Assembly: GCA_030704615.1 (NCBI GenBank)
Contig: CM060732.1
Span: 35,216,001-35,280,000 of the forward strand
From: Takakia lepidozioides
Taxonomy: Eukaryota; Plantae; Bryophyta
Length of the DNA stretch: 64,000 bases
Direction: 5' to 3'
Below the pieces are notes generated by a model. That model made no database searches. It saw only the letters and a list, made by a program, of their open reading frames with translations, and was not told where the DNA came from. Numbering within the stretch: position 1 is the stretch's first letter; the number at the start of each line of letters is the position of its first letter. Shown here one piece after another: positions 13,226-26,106 of the stretch. The position numbers were made by a program, and so were the translations under genes.

Positions 13226-16200
13226 ATGGCAGATGCGCCTACGGCAGAGCTGCGACGAGACCCAGTAGTGCAACGATGGGTTATAATCTCCTCGTCACGC
13301 AGCAAGCGACCGACAGATTTCCAATCCCATGGGAGCCTTGATAGAATTCGACCCGGCCCTTGTACTTTCTGCCCAAATCATGAGCAGGAAACAGGCCCCG
13401 AAACATTTGCATTCAGAGATGGTGAAGAAGCTAATGCTCCTGACTGGCGGGTCCGCATTGTGGTCAACAAGTTCCCGGCTCTCCTGACCTCTGAAGTCAC
13501 TGATCATGGATCGGCAAATGGGGTGGGTTCACTCTTTGGCGAATGCCGGCTTGCTGGGTTCGGATCCCATGAGGTGGTGATTGAGACCCCCGACCATTGT
13601 ACCACCATGGCGGAGTTGCCAGTCCCACATATCTCCGAGGTAAAGAATCGATGTTTCTCTATACAGAGGAGATGGGGGGAGGGATCCTGTTTTCCATACT
13701 TACTAAAAAATCTGCTTTATTCTCTTAAATTGCTTGTAGGTGCTGAAGGCATACCAAGAGCGATTGAAGCAGTTCAAGAAGGACCCTCGCTATAAATACT
13801 GCCAGGTGAGACTCCAGATTTCACGCTTTGGGTGCGGGATTATAGCAATTAAGTTCTTTCTCGCTCCCTCTGCACTAGACTGAAATTTAAACTCGGGGCG
13901 GGGAGTCACCCTTGAACCATAAACAGATGCAGGGAGGAAAGGGATATTTGTCAATGCCCGTTGTGCAGGCAGCCTGAAGCCAATAATTAATTTCTGACAC
14001 AATGTCCGGGGTACTGGCATCAGAGAGCGAACCTCTTCAGGAACATCAAGAACATAGTCCCTGCACCTATATTCACCAACTTTCAAACTCTGGAGGCTAA
14101 GCCCAAAGCTCTGACCCTGTTGGGGTGTAACTGTTGAGCAGATCACACACAGCAGATTGATATGTGTGTGAAGGGCTTTCTAGAGGGTATTTGGAAAGCC
14201 CAAACTAATTGTTCATATCAAGCTAAGTTCCACTGGAGTGAGCCCCTCACAAAGGTTGTGTCTATTCTGAAACTGGGCGCAGGGTCTATGCCCCCAAGTC
14301 GAAGGCAAGTGGGTCTGCACGTACTCTTTTTAATTCTAGTGATCAGCCTCTAGCATTAAGGGTTTTCTCATTCACAAAGTATAAAGCTGGTGCCCCACAT
14401 GCTGCAGATCTTTGGAAGTCCATCATGCCAATATTGCTAAGCTGATCCTCCCCTCAAGTAACTGTGGTTTCGTTAACTATTGGACGCTCTCTTCTGATTC
14501 CACACCCTTCCCTGTCGTCATACAACGAACACTATTGGTAGAACGCTCTGAAGGCTGTGGAAGTATGTTGGTTTAGGAAGTTCACAAGAACGCGATTAGC
14601 TTGGCTTCTCTGCATGGATTCTACCATTCTAAGAGGCTTTGGCTTCTTTGGATTCATTACTAACCAGAGAAGGTCAGGAGTTCAGATCAGAGAGGCAGAG
14701 GCCACAGGCAGAAATCTCCTCTCTGCTGTCTTATGAGTAGACATTCTCTTCCTTTCCTTCATATAACTGGCAGTGTCATCAATGCTGCAATCAACAGTGT
14801 GTTTAGCATTATGTCTATACCAGTGTACGTCAGATACTCAATTCCCTGTCACTGGATTGTAGTTAGCTGTGGCTGAGTTTCCATACCAAAGTGCTTATGG
14901 CTGAAAGGTGTTTCCTTCCCTAGAAAATAGGGAGGGCTGACAGTACATTAAGTTTATGCATACAAGGGGATGACATGGCCGATGGTTCAGAGACAGTTTT
15001 TGATGCCCATGTTTTCCCTCTCTCTGTGACCAAACCCTTTCCTGCAGATTTTCAAGAACAGGGGAAATAGAGCTGGAGCATCAATGACACATTCACACAG
15101 CCAGATGCTTGCTCTTCCCATCATAACGGACAACACAAAGGATGAACTGCAGGGTGCAAAGGAGTACTATGACAAGCACGGAAAGTGCATATTCTGCGAA
15201 ACTCTATTTTACGAAACCACGGGCCATAGAAGCCGCGTGATTGATGAGAATTCACAATACGTTTCTGTAGCACCCTATGCACCACGCTTCCCTTATGAGA
15301 TATGGTTGATCCCAAGGCGGCATGCATCAAATTATGAAACCATTGGTGGGGATGAGGTAAGCTAGTTGAACTACATTACGTGCTCTCTCTCTCTCTCTCT
15401 GCTGTAAGTCAGCTGGTAAAGGCTCAGAAGAAAATGTCTTGGGGAGAGTTGTACTGTGACATTAATTTGAAGCACCGCAATGGTAATGATTGAAAGATTC
15501 TGGTTGGCCGTGCAACCTTTGTAAAGGCTGAAGAATGGTCAGCAAGTACACGCTTCAAGGAATTACAAGGGTGCCGTGGTGACTTCTATGGTTGAGGTTG
15601 TGAAATCTTTGAAACACACTACAGCCTTCTTGGCGTTAATCCAACTCTAATAGTGAGTTACCTCAAACAGTGTGTGACATGGGGGACGACATCATGGATG
15701 ACCTCAAGGGTCTACCCACTCTCGGCACTAGACTAAAATTTAAACTCAGGGCGGGAAGCCTACCTTTGAACAGCAAACAGAAGCAGAGAGGAAATGGAGA
15801 GTCCAATTGCCCGTTGTGTGGGCAACCTGAAGACAATATTCATTTTCTGATTCACTGTCCAGGGTTCTCTCACCAGAGAGATGCTCTCCTCAAATCTATC
15901 AAGGGAATTGTGCCTGTACCTCTGTCTACCAACTTTGAAAGTCTCGAAGCTGAGCCAAAAGCCCAGGCCCTTTTGGGGCCTAGTTATTGGGCAAACTACA
16001 GATAGCAGATTGATGCTCATGTGAAGGGATTTCTAGAGGATATCTGGAAAACCCGGATCAATTGGTTAATTTCAAGGTAAGTTTTACTACCAACGTCAGC
16101 CCCTGACAACGGTAGGTTCTGTCGCTTTTGTGTTCCGCTCAAACTGGGCACAGGGTCAATGGCCACAAGGCTACGGCAAACAACGTCTTATGAGTACATT

Positions 16201-18215
16201 CTAATAGTGAGGGGTTTTCTAAGGAATGGAAGGATACTGTAGAAAGAACTGTTCTTATGATCCATGACAGCCCCGATGTACTGTAGTATACCAGAAAGGG
16301 ATACACACCCATTAGTTCTTCTGAGATTGCTGAAGCACTAGAACATCTAAAGGGCTATAAAGCCAGTGGGTGTGATGTCATTATCAACGAGTTAATTAAG
16401 CATGGTGGCGATCGTATGTCAGAGGCTCTTGCCTCCTCTTTAACCTTATTTGGAAGACTGAAATGATACACTTTTGACGGAGAGAGGGTCATGTCAATCT
16501 GTATAAGGAAGGTGACAGAGAAGAGTCTGGGAACTACCGCGGAATTACACTTAGCTAGTTGGCAAGCTGTTTTGTAGAATAATAAGCATCCGTCTCGAGG
16601 TCGATATGCTTTCCATGAAGGTCAGGTGGACTTCTGGAGAAATAGGGGTTGCTTTGAATATATCTTTACGTGAAGCCAGACTATCCAGGGGAGGAGAAAA
16701 AAAGGAAAACCTACCTTTTGTCTGCTTCCTGGATATTAAAAAGGTTATGACTGGGTATGGCGCCAGGCTGTGGATTTGACTGTGGTCTTCTGGGGTCAGG
16801 GGATAAATGTGGACGATGGTTCACAACCTGTATGCGAACACCAAAAGTTGTGTTATGGTCAATGGCCAGAGTCTAGTATCTTTAACATTGACCAAGGTGT
16901 AGCTCAAGGTTGTACCCTCTCCCCACTGCTCTTCAATGTTTTCATGAATCAGCTCCTTGAGGATGTGGGAAGCGAGGGATTTGGGGTAAAGGTGGGTGAT
17001 GCCACCATACCAGCTCTACTGTTTGCGGATGACTTTACGGGCCTACGGGATACCCCATCCAATCTTCAGGAGTTGATTGATCGTCAAAGAGGTACTTTGA
17101 CCTGTGGAGGTAGAACCGAATGTTAGTATATGCACGGTGGTGGCCTTTAATGATCGTGTTGAGGGAGGAGGAGATCTCAAATGGACATGGGGCAGTGAAG
17201 AGATCGTGTGCTCCCTTCTACACATATCTTGATGTTGAGTTTGCCACCAGTTGTAACTAGGATGTGGATATACAGAAAGTGGTTCAAACAGCTAAACACA
17301 AAGCTTTGGATCTCACTAATATCTCCACTGCAGAGGGATTAATACTGAAGTTAAAAGGACCGTGCTATGGAGTATGCATCTGCCATGTGGGAGGGGAAAT
17401 CCAAAAGTTTAGAATCCAGTCAGCTTTCGGTGTTCGAAGAGAGCATGCCAGCGTGTTCTAGAAAAGCTAAATGTGGCTGTTCGGGGTGAGTTTTGCAAAC
17501 CACCCTTGACCTGTGGACGTGAGGAGTTCAAGGGCAGATGGTGATGATCAATTCAATCGTCCTGTTAAATGGCTAAAGTCCGGGTGGAGAAGGGTAGAGC
17601 AGATTTTCAAGTACCCGTATATTAGGCAGGAAGAACTGACCCCCTGCTAGATGAAGCTGACTTGGAGACTGAAGTGTCCAAGCATGAGGATTGTCTGAAC
17701 AAAATGAAGTCCTTGAAGTTGTTTCCAGTTTGACATGAGTGTCCAGTTAAGTGTCGTGAAGCACCACCTCCAGAGGTTGCATTTCTATTAGTGCTCTTCC
17801 CAGATTGGAGCATCACCCAAAACTGAGGCTGGGGTTAATGAACGTCACACCCCATTGACACAAACATTTCGGAACAATTTCTGTCATTACAAATACTTTT
17901 TGTTCATACTGATGTGACAAAGTGGTTTGTTGTGGGAAATTCCTGCAGGTTGAAGCCCTGGCACAAATCTTGAAGCTGACACTGCAGAAACTGGATGTTG
18001 CATTTTTGCGCCCACCTTACAACTACATGATTCAAACTGCTCCTCTGAAAATTAATGATTTAGCATACTACCATTGGTATGTTCGCATTATACCCCATCT
18101 CATCACTCTCGGTGGATTTGAACTTGGCAGTGGATGTTACATCAACTCAGTTGCACCTGAGGCTGCTGCAGAACTTCTTCGAAATGTGAAGGTGGATGAG
18201 CCGCCCCCAGAGTAG
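13226..18215 (+). CDS. GalT-like HIT-superfamily nucleotidyltransferase (ADP-glucose phosphorylase / galactose-1-phosphate uridylyltransferase), 4 exons
   Basis: Exons 13226-13639, 13740-13805, 15048-15356, 17949-18215 in frame. Motifs ELRRDP...WVIIS..R..RP, CTFC, WRVRIVVNKFPAL, GSHEVVIETP, KN.G..AGASMTHSHSQ (the HSHSQ form of plant At5g18200-type enzymes), YHWYVRIIP, GGFELGSG. Confidence 0.93.
13868..14325 (+). mobile_element. Diverged LINE family A 3' fragment in intron 2 of the GalT-like gene
   Basis: Aligns by eye to 15720-16170 (RLKFKL.AG, CPLC zinc knuckle, aaactgggcgcagggtc). Confidence 0.8.
15480..17750 (+). mobile_element. Degenerate LINE reverse-transcriptase pseudogene in intron 3, interrupted by a younger insertion
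   Basis: Frameshifted RT motifs LKGYKASGCD, GNYRGITL, FLDIKKGYD, QGVAQGCTLSPLLFNVFMN, ALLFADD. Confidence 0.88.
15658..16198 (+). mobile_element. 5'-truncated LINE family A copy (C-terminal CCHC zinc finger + 3'UTR; RTE-X-like) with 12-bp TSD
   Basis: ORF end RLKFKLRAGSLPL...CPLCGQPEDNIHFLIHCP. TSD tctaatagtgag at 15646-15657 and 16200-16211. Confidence 0.9.
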
Positions 18216-18397
18216 AAAGTTCCACTGTCTTTCATCCTCATCTTTTGGAATGTCGAAATATTGTTGGTCAAACAAGAGTACACACTATCATTGAACATTT
18301 TTATATACAACTTTGAATTGGATGCAGTTGCTAGACTGTTACATCTGAATCATGTGTACTTGATACTGTAGTCATCTGCATATGTAAATTAAAAAGC

Positions 18398-18650
18398 CCC
18401 TATAGATTCAAAACAGATTTGAGGAGAGCATCTCTCTGGTGAGAGAACACCCGACTCTGAATCAGAAAATGAATACTGTCTGCAGGTTGCCCACACAACA
18501 TACAATTGCACTCTCCCTTTCCTCTTTCCTTGTATTTGCTATTCAAAGGTAGGCTTCCCGCCCTGAGTTTAATTTTCAGTCTAATGCCGAGAGTGGGTAA
18601 GCCCTTCAGGTCATCCAGGATGCCCTCCCCCATGTCATAGACTGGAAACA
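18398..18650 (-). mobile_element. LINE family A internal fragment (zinc-finger region), antisense
   Basis: ORF DDLKGLPTLGIRLKIKLRAGSLPLNSK...CMLCGQP is closely similar to 15670-15900. Confidence 0.88.
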
Positions 18651-18720
18651 AATTCAGGGAAGTGGTCTGCCTAACTTAATTTTCATCACACAATTTCCTG
18701 GCAACAGACGGGCTAAGAGG

Positions 18721-18842
18721 AAAACCAACTTCATCGTTCTGGCCCCACTCAATTTCATGCATTCAAAGCATTTTTGTTGTTGAAAACCAACTTCATCGTA
18801 TGGGCCCACTGAATTTCATGCATTCAAGCATTTTTGTTGTTG
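18721..18842 (+). repeat. Tandem duplication, ~61 bp x2
   Basis: aaaaccaacttcatcgt...gcatttttgttgttg at 18721-18782 and 18783-18842. Confidence 0.9.
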
Positions 18843-19124
18843 TTCCACATGTCTTTCTTCCTTCCTTCAGTAGAGATGGCAATGGTACTACATATAGTAT
18901 CTCCAAGGTTCAAAGCTCCTTGGTGAATAGCTAGTAAGACATTGTGGAAGTGTGAAAGAAGCCTTGTTGGACAGAATGACTAAATGAGATGTAGTTTCAT
19001 AGAGTGCAATGATGCCAGTATACTAATGTTCGGTACTGGTTAGGAGGCTTTCAAGAGTTATGAGCACATAAGGGAAAACCAACTTCATCACATCAATATG
19101 CAAGTTACATATTCTAATCTTGCC

Positions 19125-19183
19125 CAAACTGGGCGCGGGGTCAATGGCCACAAGGCTGCGGCAAACAACGTCTTATGAGTACA
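19125..19183 (+). mobile_element. ~60-bp LINE family A 3' terminus with 15-bp TSD
   Basis: TSD tctaatcttgcccaa at 19113-19127 and 19185-19199; ends in GAGTACA. Confidence 0.9.
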
Positions 19184-19369
19184 ATCTAATCTTGCCCAAC
19201 CACAACTTTTGAAAAACTAATCTCCTTCAAAGTAACCATGGCATGAGGAACCAAGCACATGGCTCATGGGAGCCCAACAAGGGAAGCGAAAGAAGAAGCC
19301 AAACAAGTCTCCCGGTTTCTTGCACTATGATGGAATTGGAACATGTTCTAAAGCAAAAGAAAAGCTTGT

Positions 19370-20441
19370 CTAGACTTTTGCACCTAAACTAAGACCGCCA
19401 ACCAAACCATTAAGGTGAATGTCTAGCTGGGCCCTCCATTGTAATGCAAGTGGAAATTCAGTGGATGTCCATGTGTGTTGCTTCATGTCATATATCACAA
19501 CTACATCATTGGGTATGCTCCTCTACATGTATAAGAGATTGTCATGGCTCACCACTTTAAAAATGTCCATGTCGGCCAAACTACTCCTTGCAATCTCAGT
19601 TCTTGCACTCGTTGTAGAACCTTTGAACTCCCACACACAGACGGTTGGTGTGAGGTAAATTTGATCGCGAGGCGGCCCACCCAGCAACAGGCCCCCCTCA
19701 CTCTCTACAAGTCGACACCCACTATCTCCACGCATCACAGTCAGGCATCCGTACAGCAACTTGCGTCCAAACACGGCTGCCAATGTCGCAAGCCATCACA
19801 ATGCTGTCTTCCTCTTGTGTATCCAATAGAGCAAAGAGAGTAGGGCCACATATCACACTTCCTCTACAATTCGAGAGGGTTATTGAGGGCATCTTTCCAA
19901 TCTCGGTCCAACACTCGCAAGTTGAGTCATACAAGTGTGTTCTCCAACTTCGTTCGTCGTAATAATTTCCTGACATCACAAGGACCTTGTAGGTGTTGCT
20001 GCATCTATCCACAATCATATGTACTCTTTCCGCGTAGAAACGTATTGAATTGTCGTGAGGCAGGGCAGGCAATTGTCTGGAACCGTTCAACAGAGGATTG
20101 TACACACTGCATGATATGTGATCGTTTCGCTCCTGCGTTATGCAAAATAAGCCTCCACCTGCAGCACAAACTCTGTTTAGTAAATGATCCCTGGGGAGTT
20201 TGAGGTCGATCCTGTGCCACCGTCGAGGAGTTGTGGGGGCATACAACATACAGTATGCGCCTAAAAACATGAGATAGGAGTCTTGCTGAAGAGGGAGCCG
20301 CTGACAGAGTTGTTGGAAAGAAGCAGTGGATGGGAGGGAGTTCCACAACTTGCACACCGACTTAAAGCGGACGAGACTTCACCAGGCCAACACTACCATC
20401 ACTAACTCCAAAGGGAGCCTGCTCCAAATCTCCTCCTCCAT
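19370..20441 (-). pseudogene. Intronless F-box/kelch-type pseudogene
   Basis: MEEEIWSRLPLELVMVVLAW*SLVRFKSVCKLWN has an in-frame stop and a deletion inside the F-box. CAAGGGLFC, VYNPL...RQLPALP and YDS...CW.EIGKMP follow. Frameshift ~19735 and a further stop at 19523. Confidence 0.85.
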
Positions 20442-20654
20442 ATTGCCCACCCACAAAACCTCTCTAACGTGTTCTTGTGATCGTAACACGGAGCTTGGGG
20501 AAAGAGACGTGTAGGTAAGGTATGAACCAGTCAAGCACCGCACGTCCCTTGCCCCCCGTGAAGAAAAAAGAGGAGTGAATAAAATCTTCTGTACGTTCGC
20601 CCATTGTACATGTTGTAAATAAAATCTTGCAGGGTTTCATCGAAGGAGCGATCT

Positions 20655-20916
20655 ATCCTCTAGAAAGCCCTTTACACAAGCATCAATCTGCCGTGTGTGA
20701 GGTGCCCAGCAAGGGCTTCAGGCTCAGCCTAGAGATTTTCAAAGTTGGTGAACAGAATTGCAGACGTTGTGAAACATTTTCAGAAACATTGTCAGAGAGA
20801 GTGTACTCATAAGACGTTGTTTGCTGTAGCCTTGTGGCCATTGACCCCGCGCCCAGTTTGAGCGGGAACAAAAGGAACAGAACCTACCTCTGTCAGGGGC
20901 TGACGTTGGTAGTACG
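20655..20916 (-). mobile_element. LINE family A fragments: internal piece 20655-20757 and 3' terminus 20802-20916 with 13-bp TSD
   Basis: Reverse complement of the family A sequence. TSD ttgtcagagagag at 20789-20801 and 20917-20929. Confidence 0.88.
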
Positions 20917-22526
20917 TTGTCAGAGAGAGAGAGAAAGAGAGTATGGCACACATTCATAAGTTCATGGGCTGACTTACCCATCTGCAGTTGCACAGTAAAG
21001 GCGTCCACCAACTGGTGTGGCAAGCACATCCCCTGCGAGACAGACATATTCCAACTATATTGTAATTGGTGCAATCCAGAGACTTTCAAGCATTTGGACC
21101 TTTTTCTGTCTAATGATATATTTCTCAAATCCTATTGAGTGTAGTTCTTTTTGCCACTCTTAACTGTCAATGACTCTCTTTTTGTCTCTAGCTTGTCTTC
21201 AAGAGGGAGACAATATGCCCACATGAAAGATCTTGATGTTGAACACAAGCAGGACTTACCCTTGAAAAGCTGGATGTCTCCCATATGCCTAAACTCTATC
21301 TTTCCTGAGCATCCCCGTCCTCTTCTTCAGTTGCAGGCTGCACTGGGTCCCATAATTGCAGCACCAACCAACAGCATACTGAGCCGACATAGGACAAATC
21401 TAATCTCAGTCAACAAAACCCCTTCTGCAGCTTCCTTTACTCTACACCACCTCCTCTCATATATTACCTAAGCATCATGTTATTGTCACTTAGAATTGTC
21501 TGGACCCACCCAGTGTGCCCCCACAACACAGCTTCAGACACTGGAACCCAGTCACACGTCCTCCATGCCTACATCTGTCTCTTTGCTGTACCTAGTGTGA
21601 TAAAATAAACATCACCCAACGGACATAGTAAGTATTCGTTGTCCTGCAACTAATTTACATGCACATTCCGCATACACAGCCAAAACTCCATCCTTGATTA
21701 CATCTATGTTGCATTGAAAGAATCAAAACTTTTTCTTTTTCACTGTCTCCTGTACGCTGCAAAAGAGAAATTGGGATGCTGAGCTGTTTGTCACAAAGAT
21801 GTCACTGCCCAATGACATTAACTCTGCTGTGATTTCCAACCGACGGGTCACTTGAAGAAGAGAGCAAAGAGAAATTGCCTGTAACAAATTAGAGAACATT
21901 TCTGGTCAGACTGATGAGGTAAGACACCAGCCTGATCCTTGAAAGTTGTAAACATGTTTGGATACAGCTCATCTATCACTCCTGTTGCCTTACCAAAACA
22001 CATTACTCATAAGGTAACAAACATATTGGGTATACCTACACCTACATCAGTGAGATGGAGGAGAGCAAGAAGAGCACTTTTGTGAAGATCTCTCCAGATA
22101 CACTCCTGCACCAGCCACACAAAGCTGAGCCTTTATAAGATTTCTGGAAGATTAAGAATCTCTTAAATTGTTGCGCTTGTGGGTCCATAGGGACCGACGT
22201 CAAAAGGAACAGACAGAAGAGAATAGTTGTGCCATTTTGCCCTGAGTGGACGGTTGCAGAGAAGCATGAGCAGGAGGGAGAGAAAAAGTACCAAAACAGC
22301 TATCATGGTTGGGGCCGCAGGTCTTGGGACTTGAGTGAAATATTCCAGAAACATAGGTAAAGATTCTGTAGGCTTTGAGATGCAATGTGGCTTGAGGCTC
22401 AACCTCAAGACGTATAATGTATTTTCTATATATTTTCAAAATACGTATATCTTATCTGAAAAAATAAGGGATGGGCAGTCATAAAAAAACTTCATGCCGT
22501 AGACCTCAAGCCCTAGGATCCCCATC

Positions 22527-22628
22527 CTAGGCCACATGATCTCAGGCCCTAGAACCTTAGGCCACATGACCTCAGGCCCTAAGACCTTAGGCCACATGAC
22601 CTCAGGCCCTAAGACCTTAGGCCACATG
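22527..22628 (+). repeat. 30-bp tandem repeat x3.4 within the left TIR (inverted counterpart 30978-31045)
   Basis: ttaggccacatgacctcaggccctaagacc units. Confidence 0.95.
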
Positions 22629-25600
22629 TACATAATACGTTTTAATATTCTTCGAAAATCGGGGAACAAAGAAGGGAACCACCCGGTTTAGGGGTTCGCA
22701 ACTCAAGGCGGGAGTTTTGCCGCTGCTCCTCTGCGGCAGAGGAGCTCTTCCCAGATCGAGAAGGTACACCAAGCAAACTCTGGTCTTGGAAAAACTCGGT
22801 AATTTACGAAATTTGAGTGTCGTGCAGCGGTCGATGCGGTTTCCTATTGAAGAGGAGGTCAAGGCAGTGGTAATTGGCAACGGTTGGGCTGCAGCAGCTA
22901 CTGGTCTTCATTTTCTTCGAGTTTACTCTGAAGCTTGCAGGTATGACATTTCCCATTCTAACGACTGAGCAATCCTGTCCATCTGTCCTTTTCCATACTT
23001 TACGGCTTTCGGTCTGCAAGAAGATTGGCTGCCTCACCTCAAAATTCCTGTTTTTGCAGCAACACGTTTGCAATTCTGACTGCAATTCTGACTTGCCCAG
23101 CAAGATAGGCCCCAGTACATCCGTAGCTTGCCTTAGCCCTTTCCCCATGTGAATTTGTTTGAAAGTGGAAGTGGTGTCACAAAGTCTCATTGCCTAATAA
23201 AACTTGAATGGCCTTGCAGAGATTTGTTTCATCTTTGGCAGGTCCAATTGTAGTACTAGCAGGCCATGAGCAGCAGTTGGCCGTAGACACTCATGCCTCC
23301 AACCCCCTACCTTCCGGTGAAGGGGGGCTTTGTACGGCAGAGATTGCCATTGTCGTCATCTCTTATTGAAAATGGAACTTGGCAATCCGTGTCATCGTCA
23401 TCGGATCGCTTTGGACGTGTTTCATGGCAAGGTGCGTGTAGGTAGGAAGCAGCAAGACCTGATTCCAGGGTTGGAGTCTCTCACCGAAACGTCAAGGCCA
23501 GTGAGCTCTACATTCAGGATAGTGCGGCGGCCGTAGAGGAGTTGGTAATTCCCCTGAACGACATGTTTCTTAAGGATGGTTTACTTATGTAATCAAAGCA
23601 AGCTGGTCCACTAGGAATCACGTTGGTCTCTCCAAAGTTAAATGCCAGCAAGCAGTTTTATTTATCATTGTGCTGCAGCAATACTATGTAATAGGAGGTA
23701 GAGTTGTACTAATGGGAGAGATTGCGTCAGAACAGTTTACACCAGACTGGAGTATGCTGCAGATTTGTTTCTTGATTTCCGTGTAGATGTGCAAATGTGC
23801 ATCTGACTCCCTGACAGACATTGTCTACCTGAGAGAGAGACCAAATGGAAGTGGAGACTGCAAGTAGGATTATTTTCTGACGTTCACTCCTGATTGATCG
23901 AAGGCAATGGGGTGTTCTGGGGACTGACATTTACGGGTGTACTGTGGCAGCCGCTTGGCAATGGGACCGTTCATCAACTTCATGGTATAGAGGTGGAAAC
24001 TCCAAGTGAGTGAGCTTGAACTTACATCCTTTCCTGTACAGGCAGCTGTAGTGTCGTTTTATTGGAATGAGTGCCCCTACTGACCACATTGTCAAACATT
24101 ATTTGCTGAGAACTTCAAATGTTTTTAGAACAAGACAGCTGTTTATGTTGTTTAGCTGCTGTGTGTGCACAATGGTGACTTATAGATTTCTTGGTTGTTG
24201 TTGCAGGCATGATGGGCAGTGCGAAGACGACATTGGGAAAAATATTGTTTGAAGCCCTTGGTTACTATTTTTGCGATAGGTTTGTAAATGCTATTTACCC
24301 AATCCATTCTTTGTATCTGCACATGTATCTGTCTACTTAATATATAGGCCAATTTTGTGCAACCAATCATTCTGCATATGCAAGATGCCATCCCCTCCTA
24401 TTCACCTTTCGAGCTTGCTTTGTTATACTTTGAGAAAGGGGGTTTGGTGTTGTATAAGATTCTAAGGAGGTTTAATGTGGCAGTTATTATTGGCACCTTT
24501 GCTTTGAGCCATCCATTCGTACAGTGTGACACAGCAGATATGGGCAGCCCCTATCATTACACTCAATGCACAACGCACTGCCATGCTGGTGGCTGACTTC
24601 ATGAAGGTCAAGTCCCTCTCTCTCTTCTGGATCTTCACTTTTATGTAGCTCTGGCGCTTTGAGTTTGTCTCAGGTTTTACAACAGCTCAAGTGATTTCAT
24701 CCCAGATGAAGTCCATATTACACATGTATTAATCTGCGTGAGTGGAGGAGAGTATTGACAGATGACAATTGTGGTTGCATGGTGCATATGGAGGATCTGC
24801 AGACCAGCTCTGTTTCGTGGTCTGTCGAATTGTGATCCAGAGAGAGACTGATATTGCTGGTTGGGACTGCACCAGGGTGCTGGAAACGCAGAGAGGTTCC
24901 AGAATGAACGGTTTTGTTGAGGTTTGGGGGAGAAGTCAACAGACCTGGTGTTACACCAATTAGCAAAGTTGTTGGCAGCCCACGTTGCAAGACTAAGCAA
25001 AGATAAAGAGCACTTGAGTGGCCGTGAAGGAGCCTGCGGAGCGGTCTTAGAGCAAGGAGACAGAGACACACTTGCCAGCTCTTTTGGGAATGAGAGAGCA
25101 CGGTTAGATCTGGGGTGTGAGTAGTTCGATGATATGTCCTAGACTGACAGCCGTTGAGACTAAACTAATAGAACAGGTGGCATGTTCTTATGTACAGGTA
25201 GTGTCTACGCCAGTTCTGAGCATATCCTGTGGCACACTCAGACTTGGCAGCAGACATCCTGGAAATTGAGTATTTATGGGGTATAGTGTATCTTACAAAT
25301 GTAAGGTCTAAACCTTAAACTGTGAACTGTTTGCTTATATACAAGTCCTGGAAATTGTGGGCGTTCATATTTATAAGACTCTGAACTGTTTGAACAGACT
25401 GCAGCCCTGCACAAACATGGTCTTTTTATGCTTACATGCCCTGGGAATTGTGGGCATTGACGCCCACAATTTCCAGGGTTTGCACTGAAGCATTTCTAAG
25501 CTGTTCTTAGGCCACTAACACACCCTGTGTAGCTGCAGAAATTGTTCCCACGGGACCCTATAGATTCACCTGTAAGGCTGCTCAACCCCTGAGCTTAGAG

Positions 25601-26106
25601 TATGGTTGGATCACTTGCTCATTAAAGGACCACAGAATATCTACAAAAGGACCCCTGCAGCACATTTTTAAGACTGTTAATGTCTCACTAACAGCAGCCC
25701 TTCACAAACAGGGTGTGTTTGATTCTAATATACATACTTGCAGAGCCTTGCAATGATACCGTTCTTAGGCCATTAACACCCTCTAGCACATTTTTCAGAC
25801 TCTGCTGCACTGTGTCAATTGACTGCAGGGGCCTACACAAGAAAGGTATGAATTTCCAGGGCTTTCCAAGCAATCATTTCTTTGTCTTGCTAAGGGACCA
25901 ACACCCCATGTGGCCTCGAATAATAACCCTAAGAGCATGACACAAGAAGAATCCCCACTCATGCAAGTCCGGGATTCAGGCTTATTGCTGTTTCAATGAA
26001 GGGGCTAGAAAATGTGGGCATCAATGCCCACATCTTGCGAATGTAGCAACAAACATAGAGTAATTAGTTCATCAGGGCTGGACTGAAGATTGGCTTGCAT
26101 GTGCAG

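Noticed and set aside
16088-16198. tRNA-derived SINE or self-cleaving ribozyme
   Set aside because: No A/B boxes or ribozyme core seen; the sequence is continuous with a LINE ORF end and variably 5'-truncated.
20379-20381. Stop removed by U-to-C RNA editing or read as selenocysteine
   Set aside because: Nuclear locus with additional frameshift and stop lesions; a pseudogene is the simpler reading.
20958-21880. Minus-strand exon-like segments with GT/AG borders
   Set aside because: They contain stops and match no family I can recognise.
22527-22628. CRISPR-like array or repeat-coded ORF (MWPKVLGPEV)n
   Set aside because: Head-to-tail repeats without spacers in a eukaryotic TIR; the ORF is a by-product.
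24700-25124. RING/IBR-like domain upstream of HECT
   Set aside because: The Cys pattern is fragmentary and spread across frames.
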